A DNA stretch of 64,000 nucleotides, taken from Octopus sinensis. Taxonomy: Eukaryota. The notes under the pieces were generated by a model. That model was given only the letters and a program-made list of their open reading frames with translations. It made no database searches and was not told the DNA's origin. A program made the translations under genes and the position numbers. Positions 61,965 to 64,000 of the stretch are shown here, one piece after another. Location of the stretch: contig NC_043003.1 in assembly GCF_006345805.1 (NCBI RefSeq), positions 83,390,001 to 83,454,000 on the forward strand, in the 5' to 3' direction. The number at the start of each line of letters is the position of its first letter. Within the stretch, counting starts at the first letter, position 1.

Positions 61965-64000
61965 TCATAGCCTGAAAGATATTTCATCATCCAGGGAGCA
62001 AGAACGGCTCAGTGTGCTGCCCAGGTAGACAAACTTGTCTACGACTTTCAGAATTGTTCCTTCAACCAAGATAGCTGGTTCCACATATGGACTTCCTGAT
62101 GCTGGGTCGAACATTACAATAGTCTTCTCCAGACTAATTCTGAGTCCAAATGCCTTGCAAAAAGCAGAAATACGATTCATATGTATTTGCATGTCATCCA
62201 CTGTAGAGTGACTAAGTCACAGTCATCTGCATAAAGGAGGTCACAAATAAGAGACTGGAAAACTTTTGAATTGGCAGCAAATCGGCGCAGATTAAAGAAG
62301 CGGTCAGAAGATCGATACCTGACATATATTTCCAGAGAACTAACCTTAGCAAAAGCATGAGTAGAAGCAGCAGCAAAGTACACAGAAACGAGAGTTGAGG
62401 CAAGGATGTCAACCTTCTTGACACCATTCTCTATAGGAATGAGTCCCGCTATGCCACCACCAACATTGATCTAAGCCTCCATCCCATCATGAAATGATTT
62501 AAGTATAGATACAAAGTGGTCCGGACATCCAAGTTTTGCAAGTATTTTCCATAGCAAGTCTCTCTTCACAGTATCAAAGGCCTTGGTTAAAAAATGAATG
62601 CCTGGACGTGATCCATATTCTTCTCATAGCACTTCTCCTGCAACTGTCTTGCTGTAAAAGCCGTTATCCATTGTTCCTCTACCAGATCGGAAGCCATATT
62701 GCGATTCAGATAGGATATCATTTACGAGATACCCATTCAGGCTAGTAAGGAGATTTGCCAGCAGCTGGTGGTAAAGCAATACTTCTATATTTACCACACA
62801 TTGTTCTGGCTCCTTTTTCTTTATAGAGAGGGAGAATAATTGCATCCTTCCAGTTTTTAGGCATTGCACCATCCCTTCTGACTGCACTAATAAGTTCATG
62901 ATGGGACTGTATGATGTAATCACCACCAAATCGCAAAACCTCAGCACAAATTCCATCCTTTCCAGGTTCCCTACCAAGATTCAATTTATTTATTGATGTC
63001 ATCACTTCATCTATCGAGGGCGTGGAATTTAAGGAACCAATGATAGGTCTTTGTTGCATAGTATCAATCACTGTTTCATCCCTACTGACTCATGGTTTAA
63101 GAGTTCAGAGAAGTGTTCGATCCAGCGACCTGCGATTTCTGTTGATTTAGTAAATAGAGTGGAAGACTCCTTGGAAAACAAAGGAGCTGATGTGGAGCTC
63201 TTACACCCATAAACTTGCTTCATAAGATGGTAGAGCTTCTTGCTGTCATTTGCATCAGCAACAGCCTGAACATCTCGAGCAAGATCCTCCCACCAAGTGT
63301 TCTGCATCTTCTTTAGAGATCGCTGCAGTAGTGATTTTACACTGCTATAGTGGGCAAGTGCTAGATTTCTCAACACAGCTGAAAGTCCTCTGTGCAGCAA
63401 TACATTGTGGGCATGGTGCTTTACAGCCAATAGGCACCGAACTTCAGCATCATTTTCATCATATCAGTCTCTGTGTCTGGCAGTAGCATATCCCACTGTT
63501 TCAGCAACACATTGAAGAACCTGATCTCGAAAATCTTCGCATGTTGCAGTATTTTCAGTGCTGGACAAACGAGTGTGAAGCTCTTTCCTCAACACAGCAT
63601 TATTTATCTTATGGTCATTCAGACCCCGGGGAATGCTGAATGGCCCTCTCCTCTCTTTCACTGTAATCAACATTCGGAAGTTTGCTCGCACCAGACTCCG
63701 GTCTGTCCAGCATTCCGATCCATGAAAGGACTTGACGTTACAAATGTCATAGATGTCACGCTTGCGGATGATGACATAATCCAGCAAGTGCCAAACTTTA
63801 GACCTTGGTTGCATCCACGTTGTTGTGTGATCACCTTTGTACATAAAATGAGTGCTTGCGATGTAAATTCCATGTTCATCGCAAAGCTCCAGCAGCATCA
63901 GACCATTGCTATTCATTTTCCCTACAACAAAACGTCCTAGAGAGTTCCGTGTTTGCCAGTCTGCTCCAATCCTGACATTGAAATCCCCCAGTAGAATGAT
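61965..64000 (-). mobile_element. RTE-clade LINE pseudogene (APE endonuclease C-terminus plus RT), running off the window end
   Basis: NSNGLMLLELC...TTWMQPRSKVWHLLDYVII; PGKDGICAEVL...WKDAIILPLYKEKG; SESQYGFRSGRGTMD; LTKAFDTV; LLYADD (62222-62233). Multiple frameshifts. Confidence 0.93.

Overview
AT-rich, repeat-saturated eukaryotic DNA. The SINE families, the (TA)n/(TACA)n/(GATA)n microsatellite load and the TE mix are what I recognise from octopus (coleoid cephalopod) genomes; this assignment is an inference. I found no convincing host protein-coding gene. Almost every ORF in the supplied track is a microsatellite translation or a transposon fragment. The window holds fossils of Tigger/pogo, MULE, mariner (several), Tc1, maT (DD37D), a Sailor-type DD82E element with both TIRs, Helitron, CR1, R4/Dong-like and RTE LINEs, many tRNA-derived SINEs and several Penelope-like elements (PLEs). 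The most striking region is the PLE cluster at about 17.5-24.5 kb. There a + strand GIY-YIG/hammerhead element sits inside a (TA)n tract at the Tyr-Ile codons of the YIG motif of a - strand relative. Each element ends in a type I hammerhead-ribozyme motif with an unusually long stem II. An HDV-like ribozyme relic is also visible near 3.8 kb. All motif calls were made by eye, without database searches.
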